Positions 26,701-40,884 of a DNA stretch of 64,000 bases are shown one piece after another (position 1 is the first letter of the stretch; each line of letters starts with the position of its first letter). This DNA is from Octopus sinensis. Its lineage: Eukaryota. The notes beneath the pieces were generated by a model. That model made no database searches. It saw only the letters and a list, made by a program, of their open reading frames with translations, and was not told the origin of the DNA. Location of the stretch: assembly GCF_006345805.1 (NCBI RefSeq), contig NC_043008.1, forward strand, positions 24,552,001 to 24,616,000. Reading direction: 5' to 3'. The translations under genes and the position numbers were made by a program.

Positions 26701-26904
26701 ATCAACAATTTAGAATATACGCAATGTGCACCTATGAATTCTTGACGTAGATTCTGCGACGAAATCGCAGTAACGTGTAGCATGTTAATAGCCGTAAGTG
26801 CTCCGCAGGCACACTACATGGGATTTACCAGAAACGAGGTTTGGATACTGCATTTTAATGTTACCTATCTAAACCTTAATTTTTAATTCAAAATTTAAAT
26901 TAAA

Positions 26905-27040
26905 GGATCGGCAAAAGAGACCGATGGAATAAGGACTAGGCTTACAAAGAATCCGTCCTGGGCTCCATTTCTTCGACAAAAACCCTTTAAGGTGGTGCAG
27001 TAGCATGGCCGCAGTCAAACGACTTAAACAAGTAAAAGAA
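26905..27040 (-). mobile_element. SINE fragment (..tttgactgcggccatgct..family)
   Basis: Homologous to the + strand fragment at 31020-31106. Confidence 0.75.
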
Positions 27041-27095
27041 TATGTATACATACGTACCCACACACACACACACACACACCACACACACACATATA

Positions 27096-27128
<33 letters not shown>

Positions 27129-27129
27129 G

Positions 27130-28200
27130 TTGAAAAATATCGTTATAGGTATAAAAATACCATTAAAAATTATAGAAAAACGGGGGAGAAAAAGATGTTG
27201 AATCAAAATCAGATTTAATACAAAATAGGTTTCAAAACATACACGCGTTTCAAAGGACAATACAAATATGTAAGAAAAAAGTATAACCATAGTAATTATA
27301 ATGATATTTATGCATTGTCATTTTCATCAGTGTGAAGAATTTTTGTAAGGACATCAAAAAAGGTTTAATAAAATAAAGTAAATTAAAATAAGATACAATA
27401 AGGGAGAATACAAATGGGGTAATAAGAAAAAATCGGATATTTGCAAGCAAGTTTTAAAAGGGGAAAAAACCAGACATATCAATGTGTATGCACGTCATTA
27501 TGTGCGGTAAACAATAACATAAACATAAGAATGAAAAGCTAACGGGTATGTTCTAAAAAATGGTAACAGGTCGAGACAAAGTACAATAAATAGGGTCACG
27601 TGTGTATAGTAGATGATATTGTAACAGGTGGACGAGTAGAAAAGAACCATAGAGAGATATACATATACATATTAATATTGAAAAACGAAAAAATATATGT
27701 ATATATATTTTACACGAGACTAAAAAGTGATAGGCAAGACTATGTTTGAAGAAGTTACAATATTAAAGTAAAAATGTACATACATGCAGAGTAAAACCAA
27801 AGAGAACTTAACAAGGAAAAAAACATCGATCAGACAAGACTGGCCGGTGTAATTCAGGATAGTTACCTTACTCAAAAACTAGCCCGGGGTAGGGGAGACA
27901 ACCAGAAAAAGTAGGAACAAAAAACAATATATGAAGGAGAAAATTGCTATGAAGTTACAAGTGATAGAAAAACGTATACACCTAACACATAATGATATAC
28001 AGTCATACACATGTACATACATACACATATATATAGACAAAAACTGTACATACTCTCACGCATACACATACATAGAACTTTATTGATTGATTATTCAATA
28101 CAAGGTGGCTCTTTTATGAAAATCTATACCAGCCGTATGCAAATAGTGACAGGTCGAGGGACCTTACTTTTTTTTATAAATATACCCTTATACCCAAATA
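27130..28200 (-). mobile_element. PLE 3' region (end of GIY-YIG plus terminal repeat)
   Basis: Weak C..C..FIK..LN-type C-terminal remnant near 28090-28190; intact-core hammerhead at 27237-27333; ends in (TA)n. Confidence 0.55.
27237..27333 (-). ncRNA. Type I hammerhead ribozyme motif with long stem II
   Basis: aca-CTGATGA-aaatgacaatgca..tgtattgtccttt-GAAA-cgcgt-GTA-tgt: ~12/13-bp stem II, palindromic ACGCGT in stem III, 3-bp stem I. Confidence 0.68.
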
Positions 28201-29779
28201 GATATTCTCACTCAATAAATTTTTATGAAGTATTGATAATGAATGACACGTATGTGTTAAATGACGTAATACTAATACTGGCAATCAATTGAATCATTCG
28301 CATTGGTGTTCACTTCCTCACATATTTCCAATTTTCAGTTGAATATTACCTTTATAAATTTGCTATCACCAGAAATACCTCCAGAAATAAGAAATATACA
28401 CTTGAGAGTTCATTTAATGTTAGTATAATCTCTCTCTTCGAACATCTTTTTCGTTACTATTTTCTTTATTTGTAGTTTGAAATGCTTAAACAACAGATTA
28501 TCTATGTTCATTTATTGTAATATTTCTTGATTATTTTATTTGCGTTAAGTTCTAGAATATATTTTTTATTTTTATTTTGAACTTTTGTTTCCTATGAGAA
28601 TATTCTATTTCTTTTCATGTAATTCATGTAATACCTTCTGCTTATGGACATCTGTATTGAAAACATTAACTAATGGATCTGTAGTCCAATAGAACATTAC
28701 TTAGCTTAACATAGCATATTGAGCTTAGTAAGATTAAAACTATGTTGTTATTTCTTTATGTTTATATATAAAATTATATAAATATAATTTATCAATGAAA
28801 TTTAGCAATTGATCCACACTTGTTCGCGATCTATGTTTTGGATATTTATCTAAATATTCAAAACATAGTGTATACGTAAATACTGCGTTTGTATGTAAGT
28901 ATACATATATGCATGTATATATTTATGCATATGTGTATGTGTATGCATATGTTTTAATTTATCCTTATTAAATTTTGTGCATACTATTATAATTATTCGT
29001 ACTTCATATTCGTCGTGGGCTGCCTCTCAAAAACAACAATGGTATTCTATTGCGCCCGTTCGTTTTCGACACAAATCTCACAGAATGGTCTACGAATTTT
29101 ATGCTTCAGCGTGAATAAAACTAAGAGCAATGGTCTTGTTCTATTAACACCAGTTCATTTTCATAGCCGAGTTGAGATTTTCGACAATTTCAATATTTTG
29201 AAAAATCCCAAGGTAATGTTATATATTGTCATAGCATCACATATATTTTGGTACTTCTTTCTTATGTCGAGCACAACAGCAGAAACACACACGCATACAC
29301 ACACAGACACACACACGCACACACACACAACACACACACGCACACACACACAACACACACTCTCTCTCCCTCTCCCTCTTATACATACATACACCTCTGT
29401 GTTGCCTCTCCCTCAGGTTACGGGAGTTCTCCCTTAGGTTACGGGAGTTCTCCCTTACGGAAATTCTTGATATATCCATTGATTTTGGAATGCAGTCTGT
29501 AATTTCGGAATACCGAGACTCGGATTGCGTAATTGTAATTACCAAGAATTTAAAACCACACTTTCTTCTTAGCTCAATATTTATGTGGCGGATTGCCTGT
29601 GAAATCTGGTGACGCTTCAGCTAACTGTAATCATGTAGTATTTTCTCTTCCTTAGTCCTTCACCTTTTCATCTTATTTTCATTGTTACAAGTTCTCGCAA
29701 AACAAATCTTTCCTGGACGAATGTTTCAAACTACATATTTGCTGTGGATATTAATCGCCGCTGCTTTTGAATTTACCTT

Positions 29780-30480
29780 CAATGTAAGATGTCTGGAAAG
29801 AAACTATCGAGTAGAACTGAAGGCAGTAGAGCGAAAAGAGATTACACTGAATATTAAACTTGATATTTTAAAAATCTTGATGCTACAGGATAACTAAGTT
29901 ATATTTCCTAAATTTTAGTTTTGAAACGTTTACAGTAGTGAAAATGCATGACAACAGAGGGAAAATTATCTCAAGAGCTCGAGAATCTTCTCTGTTAATT
30001 ATGCGGGTATTAATTTTTCTACAGATTCAATGTAGGGCTTCCAATAGACGACTTTTGAGTATATGGATCGAGGATAAAAAACGGCGTAATGTGGCGACAA
30101 ACACGATCGTTATGAAAATAAAAGCCAAGCTGAAACTACTAATGAAAACCTTTTTGATCTACTGAAGGCTGGTTTGAATGGTTTGAGAAGTGCATAAATT
30201 TGCACAACAAAAATGACCGGCAAAACTGTGAGCTGTGATACAGAGATTAATAGTCGTTATTCTGACCATTTGAAGAAAGAGACTGTCGAAGGTGTTTGCA
30301 TGACAGAGCACTCTGGAAATGCATGCCTGCTATAACTTTTCTAGACAAGTAAAATCAACATCAGGATATAAAGCTTCCAAAAATCTTTTGAAACCTCTCT
30401 TGCAGGAAATACTGTCTGTGATATGAATTTTAAACCCTTACTCGTGTATCACTCCGAAATTCCAAGGGCAGTCAACTTCT
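29780..30480 (+). mobile_element. Tigger/pogo-type DNA transposase remnant (CENP-B HTH plus DDE_1)
   Basis: RKEITLNIKLDILK; LLSIWIEDKKRRN; TEGWFEWF; LWKCMP; GNTVCDMNFKPLLVYHSEIPRA. Confidence 0.85.
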
Positions 30481-31019
30481 TTGGTAAGAAGGTACTCTTA
30501 TGATAGAACGATTCTTATTAATTCCCTAGTCTATTGCTTTCGAAATGTCTTTGTTTTTATGAATCTATATTACACTGTGTATGCTTAGCCACTGTTATTC
30601 TCATGTATAAAGGCAATCATGTTGTTTGTTCGTTATATTTTTATTGTGCTTTTTTGTTCCTTGACAAAGTCTGCTTAATAACCTGAAAATAACGGATTTT
30701 TGCGTTATGGCTAATTTTCAAGTAATTCCTGTATACCTATACAGGATATATCTATACAGGAATTCCTGTATATCTATATTCCTGTATATATATTCCTGTA
30801 TATGTATACAAATATATATAATTTTGATATATACATGCACATACATATACGCGTGCATGCACACACACACATATGCACACAAAAATAAACACACATACAC
30901 ACACACACGAAAACACACACAGGCAACATATATACAAAAAGCAATGCTCAAGTTCGTATGAGTGTTCCAACACACATGCTCATATGAATACATTTCAATT
31001 AATATATTCATATATACTC

Positions 31020-31106
31020 TTGTACTCTTTTACTTGTTTCAGTCATTTGACTGCGGCCATGCTGGAGTACCGCCTTTAGTCGCGCAAATCTACCCCAGGA
31101 CTTATC
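31020..31106 (+). mobile_element. SINE 5' part, interrupted by a Helitron-like insertion
   Basis: ttttacttgtttcagtcatttgactgcggccatgctggagtaccgcctttagtcgcgcaaatctaccccaggacttat stops abruptly. Confidence 0.75.
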
Positions 31107-31560
31107 ACTCTATATATAAAACTGAGAATGTGTGTGTGTGTCTGTCTGTCTGTCTGTGTGTTTCCCTAAAACTTGAGAACTACACAACCAATTTCATTCA
31201 AATTTTACACACGCCTTACTTAGGGTACATGTAGTTTCATGGGCAAAAAAATGTTCAACCTGTTGCCTAGGGCGAGCCCATAGCAATATCATATCTTCTC
31301 CACTATTTCAGTATTACGTGTTAAAAGTGAAACAAAAACATTTCTCTATTTTATGTCAGATACTTTCACTTTAACAATAAAAATTAGAGATAATAACAAT
31401 TGAATTATATATAGTAAATAATAATTAAAATCAAACTAAAGTATAACATAATCGTAACATAACAAAAGTAAAAATAGCAATTGGTATAAAATTGCATCAA
31501 TGACTTGAACTTGAATAAGTGGTTTCACATGAATGGGAATAAATTAAAAATAAAATTAGT
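31107..31560 (+). mobile_element. Non-autonomous Helitron/HINE-like element, 5' part
   Basis: Starts tctatatataaaactgagaat followed by (GT)n(CTGT)n and ..aaccaatttcattcaaattttacacac, the usual HINE/DINE layout; 3' CTAG end not confidently found. Confidence 0.55.
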
Positions 31561-32362
31561 GTGCAGAAATGGAATAGTCCAGATGGAGCTGTGCACATAC
31601 CATTTACCACGGCTTTTACATTAGATTATCTGCTAATGAGCTAGAATTAAGTATCTATATGAAGTTTGGCTGTATGTAATGTCTGTTTTCTCGAACAGCC
31701 TCTTCTACTGAGTACTGCTGTTGGTTTATTTCTTATACATAAAAGACTATAGCTTCAACTGCGTACTGCTTTTTGATTCACCGTAAGGTTTGTTGTAATT
31801 ATTATTACTGTTTAACTATTGTTAACACGTTTGTTGGTTCCTCGTAAGGGAAACGTTGTTGTGTTGCATTTGTTAAATAATTGTAAACTGTAACCTTCCC
31901 CCTTTGGGAGAAGGAGCTTTGGTTATTGTTTAAAAATTGAATTGTGTCCCTGTTTGGGGAAATTGACAATATTTTCACCGTTTATACGTAAAATATATTT
32001 ATGGCGGCCCCATAGAGGACGATGTTACTGTTGTCTTTAGCCTTAGGCAGAGATCTCCTCCAGCTGGCGCACGATACACTGTCTGTGTCAGATTAGTGTT
32101 TGCGAGGGGAGGTCATCGCTCCCGGGTTTCTGGGTAGTCACTCGTCTTCAGTGTGTGATAATCAACTGCTAGTGTTGAAAACTGTTTCCACTCGCAAAAT
32201 ACTATATGATTTTTTCAGTGACAAACTGTTGATGATGTCAAAAAAGAGAAATAAGTTATCCTAAAACTCTCAGTAAAAGTTAATCTGTAACAGTACGGAA
32301 TCGTATATATTTTTTCTAAGTATAAGTAGTAGTCGCATACAGGAAAGTGAAAGAAGCCCGTC

Positions 32363-32462
<100 letters not shown>

Positions 32463-32473
32463 TGTGTGTGTGA

Positions 32474-32505
<32 letters not shown>

Positions 32506-34127
32506 ATATGCATATGATGCATGCATACAAACGCAGAGACCTGAACGAAGTGGGTGGTGTACTAAGATATTTGTGGTAGAGCCTATTCCATTTTACTAGA
32601 GATGCTATTATACTAAAAAAATATAACAATATCTTTACATGCCATAGTTATTGACACACACACACATATGTACTCAAAATCGCACACTAAGACACACACA
32701 TATCTATCTATCTATTTATCTAACTATATCTTTTCTTAATCAAGTATATATATTTTTGTATTTTGCTTGTTTTTCTCATACTATCAAATAGATATAGTAG
32801 CACGTTAGATGCATTAAAAAATGGAGATCTATGTCACTTGCAGTTTATAAGCAAACCCATGAAGCACTAGTAATATGGGGTAAATGCCAATATTACATCA
32901 GGTATAATCTGAACTATATACAACGTTTAACTTATAAGAGGCCTGTATATAGAAGGAAAGTTGGTGAAATAGAAAATGTATAAAAGAAAATAATGATATG
33001 GAATTTTTTTTATTAGCTTATTTTCTAGACTTTTTAGAATACATGATTGCAGTCACCGTAAGTATAAATTTTCTCGGTTTCCCTATGAAAGCTGTAAAAA
33101 TCGCAAATTTGAGCAATGTCTAAAAGGTCGGCTATATTAGTACTATCATTTACGGTATTTTTAAGGTCTCTTTGTCTAAAAGTATCAATTAAACAATTTG
33201 AAGCGATTTGATGAGCAATATTGTTGTAGGTGTAATTACGGAATATTCCTGATTGAATATAGATAAATTCATGCAGAAGTTTATGTAACATAAATAATAC
33301 TATAAAGTTGCAGATTTCAAACCTATCAATGCCCGTAGAGAAAGCGAAGTGTTACGAGCCATTACACTTCAAGCAGAAAGCAGAAAGAATCATTGAAATA
33401 TAAACTGATTGGCTTATATCTAGATCTGTGAGATAGCGTACTTGCAGTCAAATTATAAAATTTTCATTATACGTTATTCAGTTATAGACGAGTAAATCTC
33501 AGCGACGTTCAATTGAGTGAATTTGCAATCACGTTTGTCGTCTAAACCGCCAAACCAAGCTGTCGCTGAGAAACTGTCTTTACATATGGAAAGGAAAGTA
33601 TATTCCATAATGTTATCATTGTGTGAATAATGACCTTGCTCACTCTAGTTAACTCGTTTTGAGTTCAGTCTACGTACATTTAGTGTTAGCTAAGAAAGGA
33701 GCTACTGTCATTTCAATTAATGCGGAGCGTAGACTTGCAGTTATACACAATCAATACTCTTATTTGTTTCAATGATCATGGTTCATTGTTTTGATTTCTT
33801 ATTAATATTATATAACGTGCTAATATCAATATTATATTTTTCGTAATATTACTAAAAGTTTGCTGTGTGTACAGGTCTTTTTCGAACGATAAAGAATGAA
33901 TAAGAATTTTTCGAGAACTAGATAATTACCAATTTTGTTGATATTTATGGCGATAATTCTTGTATTGGAAAACAAAGGTTTGAAACGTAAATGCGAAGAT
34001 GCCACCGTAGTGAAAACCTGCAAAATCAATGTGAGACAGTTAAATATTAGTTTCGTGCCATGAGCTTTTGCATGAGCTGGTCTCCACAACCTACATGTCC
34101 TAACAAATATTTAAAAGTACCAACGAT

Positions 34128-35245
34128 AAAAGAAGAAAATGAAGATGAAGAAGACGAAGAAGACGAAGGAAAAGAAAAAGAACAAGAAGGACAGGAAGGA
34201 AAGGAAGAAGAAGGAGGAACAGAAAAAAAGAGAAGAAGAAAAAAGAAGGAAAAGAACATGAATAAGGAAAAGTAGGGGAAGATGAAGAAGACAGGGAAGA
34301 AGAAGAGGGAGGAGAAGGGGAGGAGCAGTGGAAGACGAAGAAGGTGAAGAAAAAAGAAATAAAAGAAAAGAAGAAGAAAAAGAAGAAAGAGGAGGGGAAG
34401 ACGAAGAAGATGATGAAGAAGGAGGAAGAGGGGAAGAAGAAGACAAAGAAGAGAAAGAAGGAAAGACGAACAGGAAGGAGAAGAGAACAAGAAGAATAAG
34501 AAGTAGAAGAAAAGAAGATGAAGAAGGAAAAGAGCAAGAACAAGAATAAGGAGAAAAGAAGAGGATTAGAAGAAGTAGAGGGAAGAAGAATAAGGGAAAA
34601 AGAACATGAAAAAGTAGAAAAGAAGAAGAGGATGAAGGAGAAGTAGAAGAATAAGAATAAGAAGAATAAGAATAAGAATAAGAAGAGAAGAAGAAGAAGA
34701 AAAAGAAAAGGGGAAGAAGACGAAGAAAAAGAAGACAAAGACGGAAAAAAGAGAAAGACGAAGGAGAACAATAAACAGCTGAAGATGAAGAAGGAAAACG
34801 GAGAAGAAGGAAAAAGAAGAAGAAAAGAGACAAAGATGGAAAAGAAGAAGACGAAGGAGAAAAAGAAACGGACGAAAAAGATGAAGGAAAATAAGAAAGG
34901 AAGAAAGAGAAGAAAACAGAGAAAATGAAGAAAAAGAAGAAAAAGATGACAAAGGAGAAGAAGATAAAGAAGGAAAAGGGGAAGAAATGAGAAGAAGAAG
35001 AAGAAGAAGAAAAGGAGACGTGGAAGAAAGGGAGAAAAGAAGAAAACGAATAAGAAGAAAAAGTGGAGGAAGAAGTGGTTAAGCAGCAGCAGCAGCAGCA
35101 GCAGAAGAAGAAGAAGAAGAAGAAGAAGAAGAAGAAGAAGAAAAGAAGAAGAAGAAGAAGAAGACGAAGAAGACGAAGATGAAGAAGAAGAAGAAGAAGA
35201 AGAAGAAGAAGAAGAAGAAGAAGAAGAAGAAGAAGAAGAGAAGAA
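34128..35245 (+). repeat. 1.1-kb polypurine (GAA/GGA-rich) tract with short (GCA)n and a terminal (GAA)n
   Basis: Nearly all A/G on the + strand; the poly-F/S/L ORFs on the - strand are artefacts. Confidence 0.95.
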
Positions 35246-37780
35246 TCTAACCTAAGGGAGATGAGTACATCTTTCGGCAACATTTTTGGCTAGCCCTGTT
35301 CTATGTTTTGTTTTGTTTGTCAATATGGATGCTGATATGGTATGAATTCTAGAAAGAAATCGAAATATATAAAAGTTGTTTCGCAATATCGTCTTTTAAT
35401 GATTTATTTCCGAGAAGTTGTTTCATTTGTTGCAGTAAATATGATTATTTCTAATCACAAGATTCAAATGACTGAGAACTTGTCTGTGACACACTTATTA
35501 AAATAGATAATTAAATTTTAGAATTCCCTCATTAGTTGTCCCATGTATGTGAAACCTAATGATGACAGCAAGTGGATTTATTCAAACCCAAAACACACAC
35601 TAGGCAGCTTTTGAAAAGATTTATCTGAGTGAGAATAAAGCCTTCTTTTTGCGCCAAATACTCAACAGGGTTCTGCTGCAATGTGGATCATTCATCGGAA
35701 TAATATTCCACTGGGCAATAGGTATGTCTAGAATAGAGACAAATAAGATGAAACCATGTTCATATTTTATATCCTTTTACTATATCTATTGATTTCTGAA
35801 CGGTATGAGTATATTTTAGAATATGCTATGTAGGTAAAGTTACGTAATCCGTTATCTTTTGGCCACTTATTTCATTGATGACTTAATAAGAAAATGTTTT
35901 CTTTTCTCAGAGGTTGCCTATTTAATGAAGTGAAGACAGGTTAGTAATTTTAACAATATAATAAATGTAAATATAGTAGAAATTATGCAAGAATCGCATT
36001 TACCATGTCCCCAAACTAAGATAAAATATACGAGAAGTAAGTTGCCTAATAGCATGCTACATAACAATTAATTTACATTTTGAAAAGGATCAACAATAAG
36101 CGCTTTAATTACTCGTTCATCAGCATTCAGTGCCAAGAATATGAAAATATGACAACTTTGGCATTTGGGATGTGATATTATCATTGTGTAATATACAGGA
36201 AAATGTTTTTAAAGATCATCACTATGGATTAGTCAAGTATTAATTAAGAGACAATTTTCTCCTTTCTCATAGTGCAACACTTTTGTCTCAGAATTGAAAA
36301 GTTTGAAGAGTGATTTTATTCATTAGATGAAAGAGAATTATCAACCAATCATGTACTGGATGAACAAAATACTGTTCCATTTTCAGCAATGTTTGAATGA
36401 GTAGTACTTAGAAATATTACAATTAAAATGAAATACCTGTGAATAATATTTACATAGAAAACATTGCCATGCTAGCGTGTGTATATATGTACAAAACTCT
36501 GTAATTTACCATGGAAACTAGCGGCGTTTTCTACTATTGAGAATCGGTATTCATTAAAGTGGTATTTTGTGACTTTTTATATTTGGAAATTAATTTTAGC
36601 CCTCTACGATTTCCTAGTGAGTTAGTGGCAAAGTATTTTCGTTTTATTGGCTGAATACGATTAAAATAACTTTCATCGAGTCAAAAATATTTGAGAGTCT
36701 TTCTTTATATTTCTGTTCAATTTTGCTTTTATCTTTATTCAATAAAATTGCACCCAACATGCATAGTAGTTGAATAGCTTTGTGATGGGTGAAAGATTAT
36801 GCTAAAAGTTGTTAAATATCTGTAGGCTAGCCGGTAATGTGTGTAACGATACTAAACAGTAAAAGACAACAATACAAGCCATGTAGGTGTATTGAATTTG
36901 TATCAAATAGGGAATCAGAAGGCGTAATGTGCATGACCTCTAATCGTCAAAAACTTACATTTTACAACACTTATCAAAAGAAATCTGTATTATGATATCG
37001 TCTTCCTGAATTTCTGTGGAAACGGCGGTATGATGAATCGAGCCCTGTTTATTACTCTTTTATCTAACATTCTTATTATCACAAATATTAAATGAACCTT
37101 TATGCCCTAAAAGACACTCTTTATTTTCTAAATGACAACTCATATCACACTGTATATTGCTCATGAGACATTGAGTAATTTTTTTCCAACTTACGTGTAA
37201 ATATCATGTTAAACATGCATATACTCTCCTCATTTAGAAAGCTGCAAGCAATAAAACTAGAAGGTCTTTGAAGATATGCGCATTTATCGTATTTAAGTAG
37301 TGAATATTCTGAATTTGCTTTAATTGAAAATTCAAAATAATTATGTATGATGTTTTGCAGATACGTAAGCAGAATGGGTTTTCTAATTTATACCTTTTTC
37401 TTTAAAAGTTGTATAATTATTTAAAGAATGCTATTGCATACAAATACACTCCATTTTTATTAGCAGCTTCTTCAATACAACTAACATGCATCACGTTTAA
37501 TATTTTTATCATCACTGAAAATGACTCCTGTATGTTACTATCAGTTAAATTTCTCTACAAGTAATATACATTCATATGGTAATAATTTATCAGTGGTGTT
37601 CGAAAAACAAAAACTCGCTAAACATTACATTTTTAGATAATAAATACATTTCGTCAATAACAATCCATTAATACACATTTACACACTCAAAATAAAATTT
37701 AATACATTGTTTTAAAATCCACAGGAAGGTACGTCGTTCTTTAAAATTATATTATATGTGTAGATTTAGTTTCTTTATTG

Positions 37781-37846
<66 letters not shown>

Positions 37847-37858
37847 CACACACACACA

Positions 37859-37891
<33 letters not shown>

Positions 37892-38624
37892 GGACATGAA
37901 TTATGTGGCATATATATTCGTTGTTGCAAAATTGCAACGTTTCACAATGAAAACATTGTTAAAACAATTTTGGTAATTTATATATGCTTGTATCTCTCTT
38001 TTCATCTCTCTCTAACTTTATATTGCTGTCTTACTTTCTCTCGGCGGATATGTGTGGACAAACAGGCAGCCCGCACAGGCTTATACACATGTGCATACAC
38101 ACATAATGAAATACAAACTCACACAAATTCTCTTGCTGATATAGACATACATATCAATATTGAAATCAGTTATAATTTTTCCTAATTTAAAAATTAAAGT
38201 AATTTCTTTTTCTTTTGTTCTTATATTTTCAGCTATTAGCTTCGAGTAATAACATAAGTTAAACAGATGAGCAGTTAGAGTCGTAAGAAATTATCACAAT
38301 ATTACAACTGGTGATGAATTAGCAAAAATTTGAATGTATTTACCATGTATTATCCGAATTGAAAGCAAACACAAAAATACGCATATATTAAAGGAAAAAC
38401 ACAAAGCAAAATATCCGAATTGTATTGATTTATTATGGAATATCTGTAAGCAAATTAATGGAATTACTTCAGGCAAAAATTAGGAAGCTTATATTACGAT
38501 AACACGCATGCATGAGAGCGTCGATACGCATACTCACCAGAATGCATGTAAATAGAACATCTTTATCATAGATACATGTACATGTATGTATGTATGTATG
38601 CATGTATGTATTTATGTATGTATG

Positions 38625-39478
38625 TAAAACTTAGATAAAAACTTAGATATGTTTGGTCCAGGCCATGTCTAACTTAATAGCACAACCTGATAGGATTATT
38701 CGAATCCTGTTTAAGTCAAGTTTTGTTCAAGTAGTGAGTTCTTGTTGGGTGAGTTGTATCCAATTATGGGTGGCTTATCTGGTATTCTTTGAAGGAATCT
38801 ATCCACACTCCGTTTAAAGTTGATGGGATCCTTTTCCTCTTTGATCTCCCTCGGGACAATGTTAAATAAAGCAGGGCCTGTTGAGGAAAATAAATTATGT
38901 TGCAGTGTACATGTATGTTGTGATCGTGAATTGGGCAGGGGACGTATGACCCGTGGTCCCAGTCTTGGATGGACCTTGAAGCTAATGTTAAGGTCGTTTG
39001 GGCAAAGTTGGCGGTATATTCTCCACATCGTACAAATGATGTACCGCTCGCGGCGACGCTGGAGGGAGTAAAGTTTCAAGGCTTTAAGGCGATCCCAATA
39101 ATCTAGAGCAGCCATGCCTTCAATTCGTTTAGTGAGTGCCCTCTGGGGTGACTCAATTCTGGAGATGTTTTGTCTTGTATGGGGAGACCACAGTGGGCAG
39201 CAATATTCAAGGTGTGGCCGTACAAAGGAGGAAAAAAGTGGTATGATTACACCTTGTTGTCTGGACCGGAAAGTTCTTCAGATCCAGGAACTCATCCTAC
39301 GAGCTATATCGACCTTCTTGTTGATGTGTGCACTCCGACTGAGATCGTCATCAACAATTACACCCAGGTCTCTGATATTGTTAGAGGCTGTGAGCGGTTC
39401 CCCTGAAGGAAGAAAGTATGGTTGTTTTAGTGAGGAATTTCTTCCAAAATGCATCAGCTCAAATTTTCCCTCATTCAT
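38625..39478 (-). mobile_element. CR1-clade LINE 3' fragment (RT C-terminus plus 3' tail)
   Basis: KFELMHFG..IRDLGVIVDDDLS..AHIN; LDYWDRLKALKLYSLQRRRERY..GPALFNIVP..FKRSVDRFL..IPDKP; tail repeats ATCTAAGTTTT. Confidence 0.9.
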
Positions 39479-39483
39479 GTATG

Positions 39484-39558
<75 letters not shown>

Positions 39559-39793
39559 ATATGTATACATATATCTATATTAGTATGTGAGTGTTTCTGT
39601 ACAAACACGCATTTACACACTCTTAAACATGCACAAACATATATACATAGATATATACACATATACATAAAATATACATAACTACATACGTACATATATA
39701 TATGCACATCTACATATATATACGTGTATGTATATGTATGTATATATAATATAATTTGCATACAGTTATATACTTATAACTGTATATGTGCGT

Positions 39794-39831
<38 letters not shown>

Positions 39832-40821
39832 CTACCCATATATACATACACAAATGTATTAGAGAAGTCTTCTACTGAAGAATATGGTGTTACTTGGCAA
39901 CAAGAATGCTATCATGTGTTGCACGTTAGAATTTGTCTACTTATCAATTCGCTCAAATCTCCAGAGAATAACCAGAGAACAATAGGGTATACCTGAGGAT
40001 CAACAGAGAATAGCCGAAGTTTAAATCCCAATTTAATTTTTTTAAGTAAAAACCATGCGTTGATTTGGCCGTTGAATTGAAATTCTGTTGGCAACACGTT
40101 CAATTAAACTGGAGGTAACCATGAAGTTGTGTACAACATTGTCTCACAGTTTCGAATCGCGCACTAAAGTTGCCTAGATGTCCTAATCACATGTTAATTC
40201 GTATTTAGGTCCCGGCACGACGTCTTACGGACCAGTTGTTCAAGATTATATCGTCTTTCAGGATCGTTTAAATATTATATATGGCAAAACGAAACGTCAT
40301 CGAACATCAGTCAGAGGACTTTTTCGTCTAATGAAACATTCTGTTTCAATAGCTTTTAAAGGTTTCCGTCGGGGAAGTTTACTTAATGTGGAGAAGGAAT
40401 TACTGTGCAAGAGGGTAATTAATATCCGCCTTGCTATAGAATTTATCAATGACGTAGCCAAGCCACATCTCCAATACACAACTAAAAACTGGTTATAGAA
40501 AGATAACGAAAAACTACTTCGTACATTTTAATTCTTTTAATCGCATTTAAATTATATGTCGCTCATGTAATGACTGAAGTTTTCTTCCCTATTGTTGCGA
40601 ATTTTTATCATATGACGACACCATGTGAAGAAAAAAGGAATGAAAAAAATTAGTATTCAATAAACGAGAATTAACTAGAATTTACGTGACAATTGATTAG
40701 TGTGATGGAGGGAAATATATTTTTCATATATCAAACTGAAAATTCTAGTCTTGAACAGGATTGTTTATTTTAATCTATGCCTTATTTTAGGCAACATATA
40801 TTTAGTTCTAATCAGTACACA

Positions 40822-40882
<61 letters not shown>

Positions 40883-40884
40883 CA

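Noticed and set aside
29415-29458. 21-bp tandem duplication AGGTTACGGGAGTTCTCCCTT
   Set aside because: Two copies only, most simply a local slippage within a repeat fragment.
31699-31782. 84-nt exon with good splice sites
   Set aside because: Stop codons in all three frames, and it lies in repeat-like sequence.
31990-32170. GC-richer repeat that might be a LINE 5' UTR with a ribozyme
   Set aside because: Only local hairpins; no convincing HDV or hammerhead fold and no adjacent ORF.
34047-35283. Poly-F/S/L and poly-E/K ORFs
   Set aside because: Translations of the polypurine tract, with no domain or splice support.
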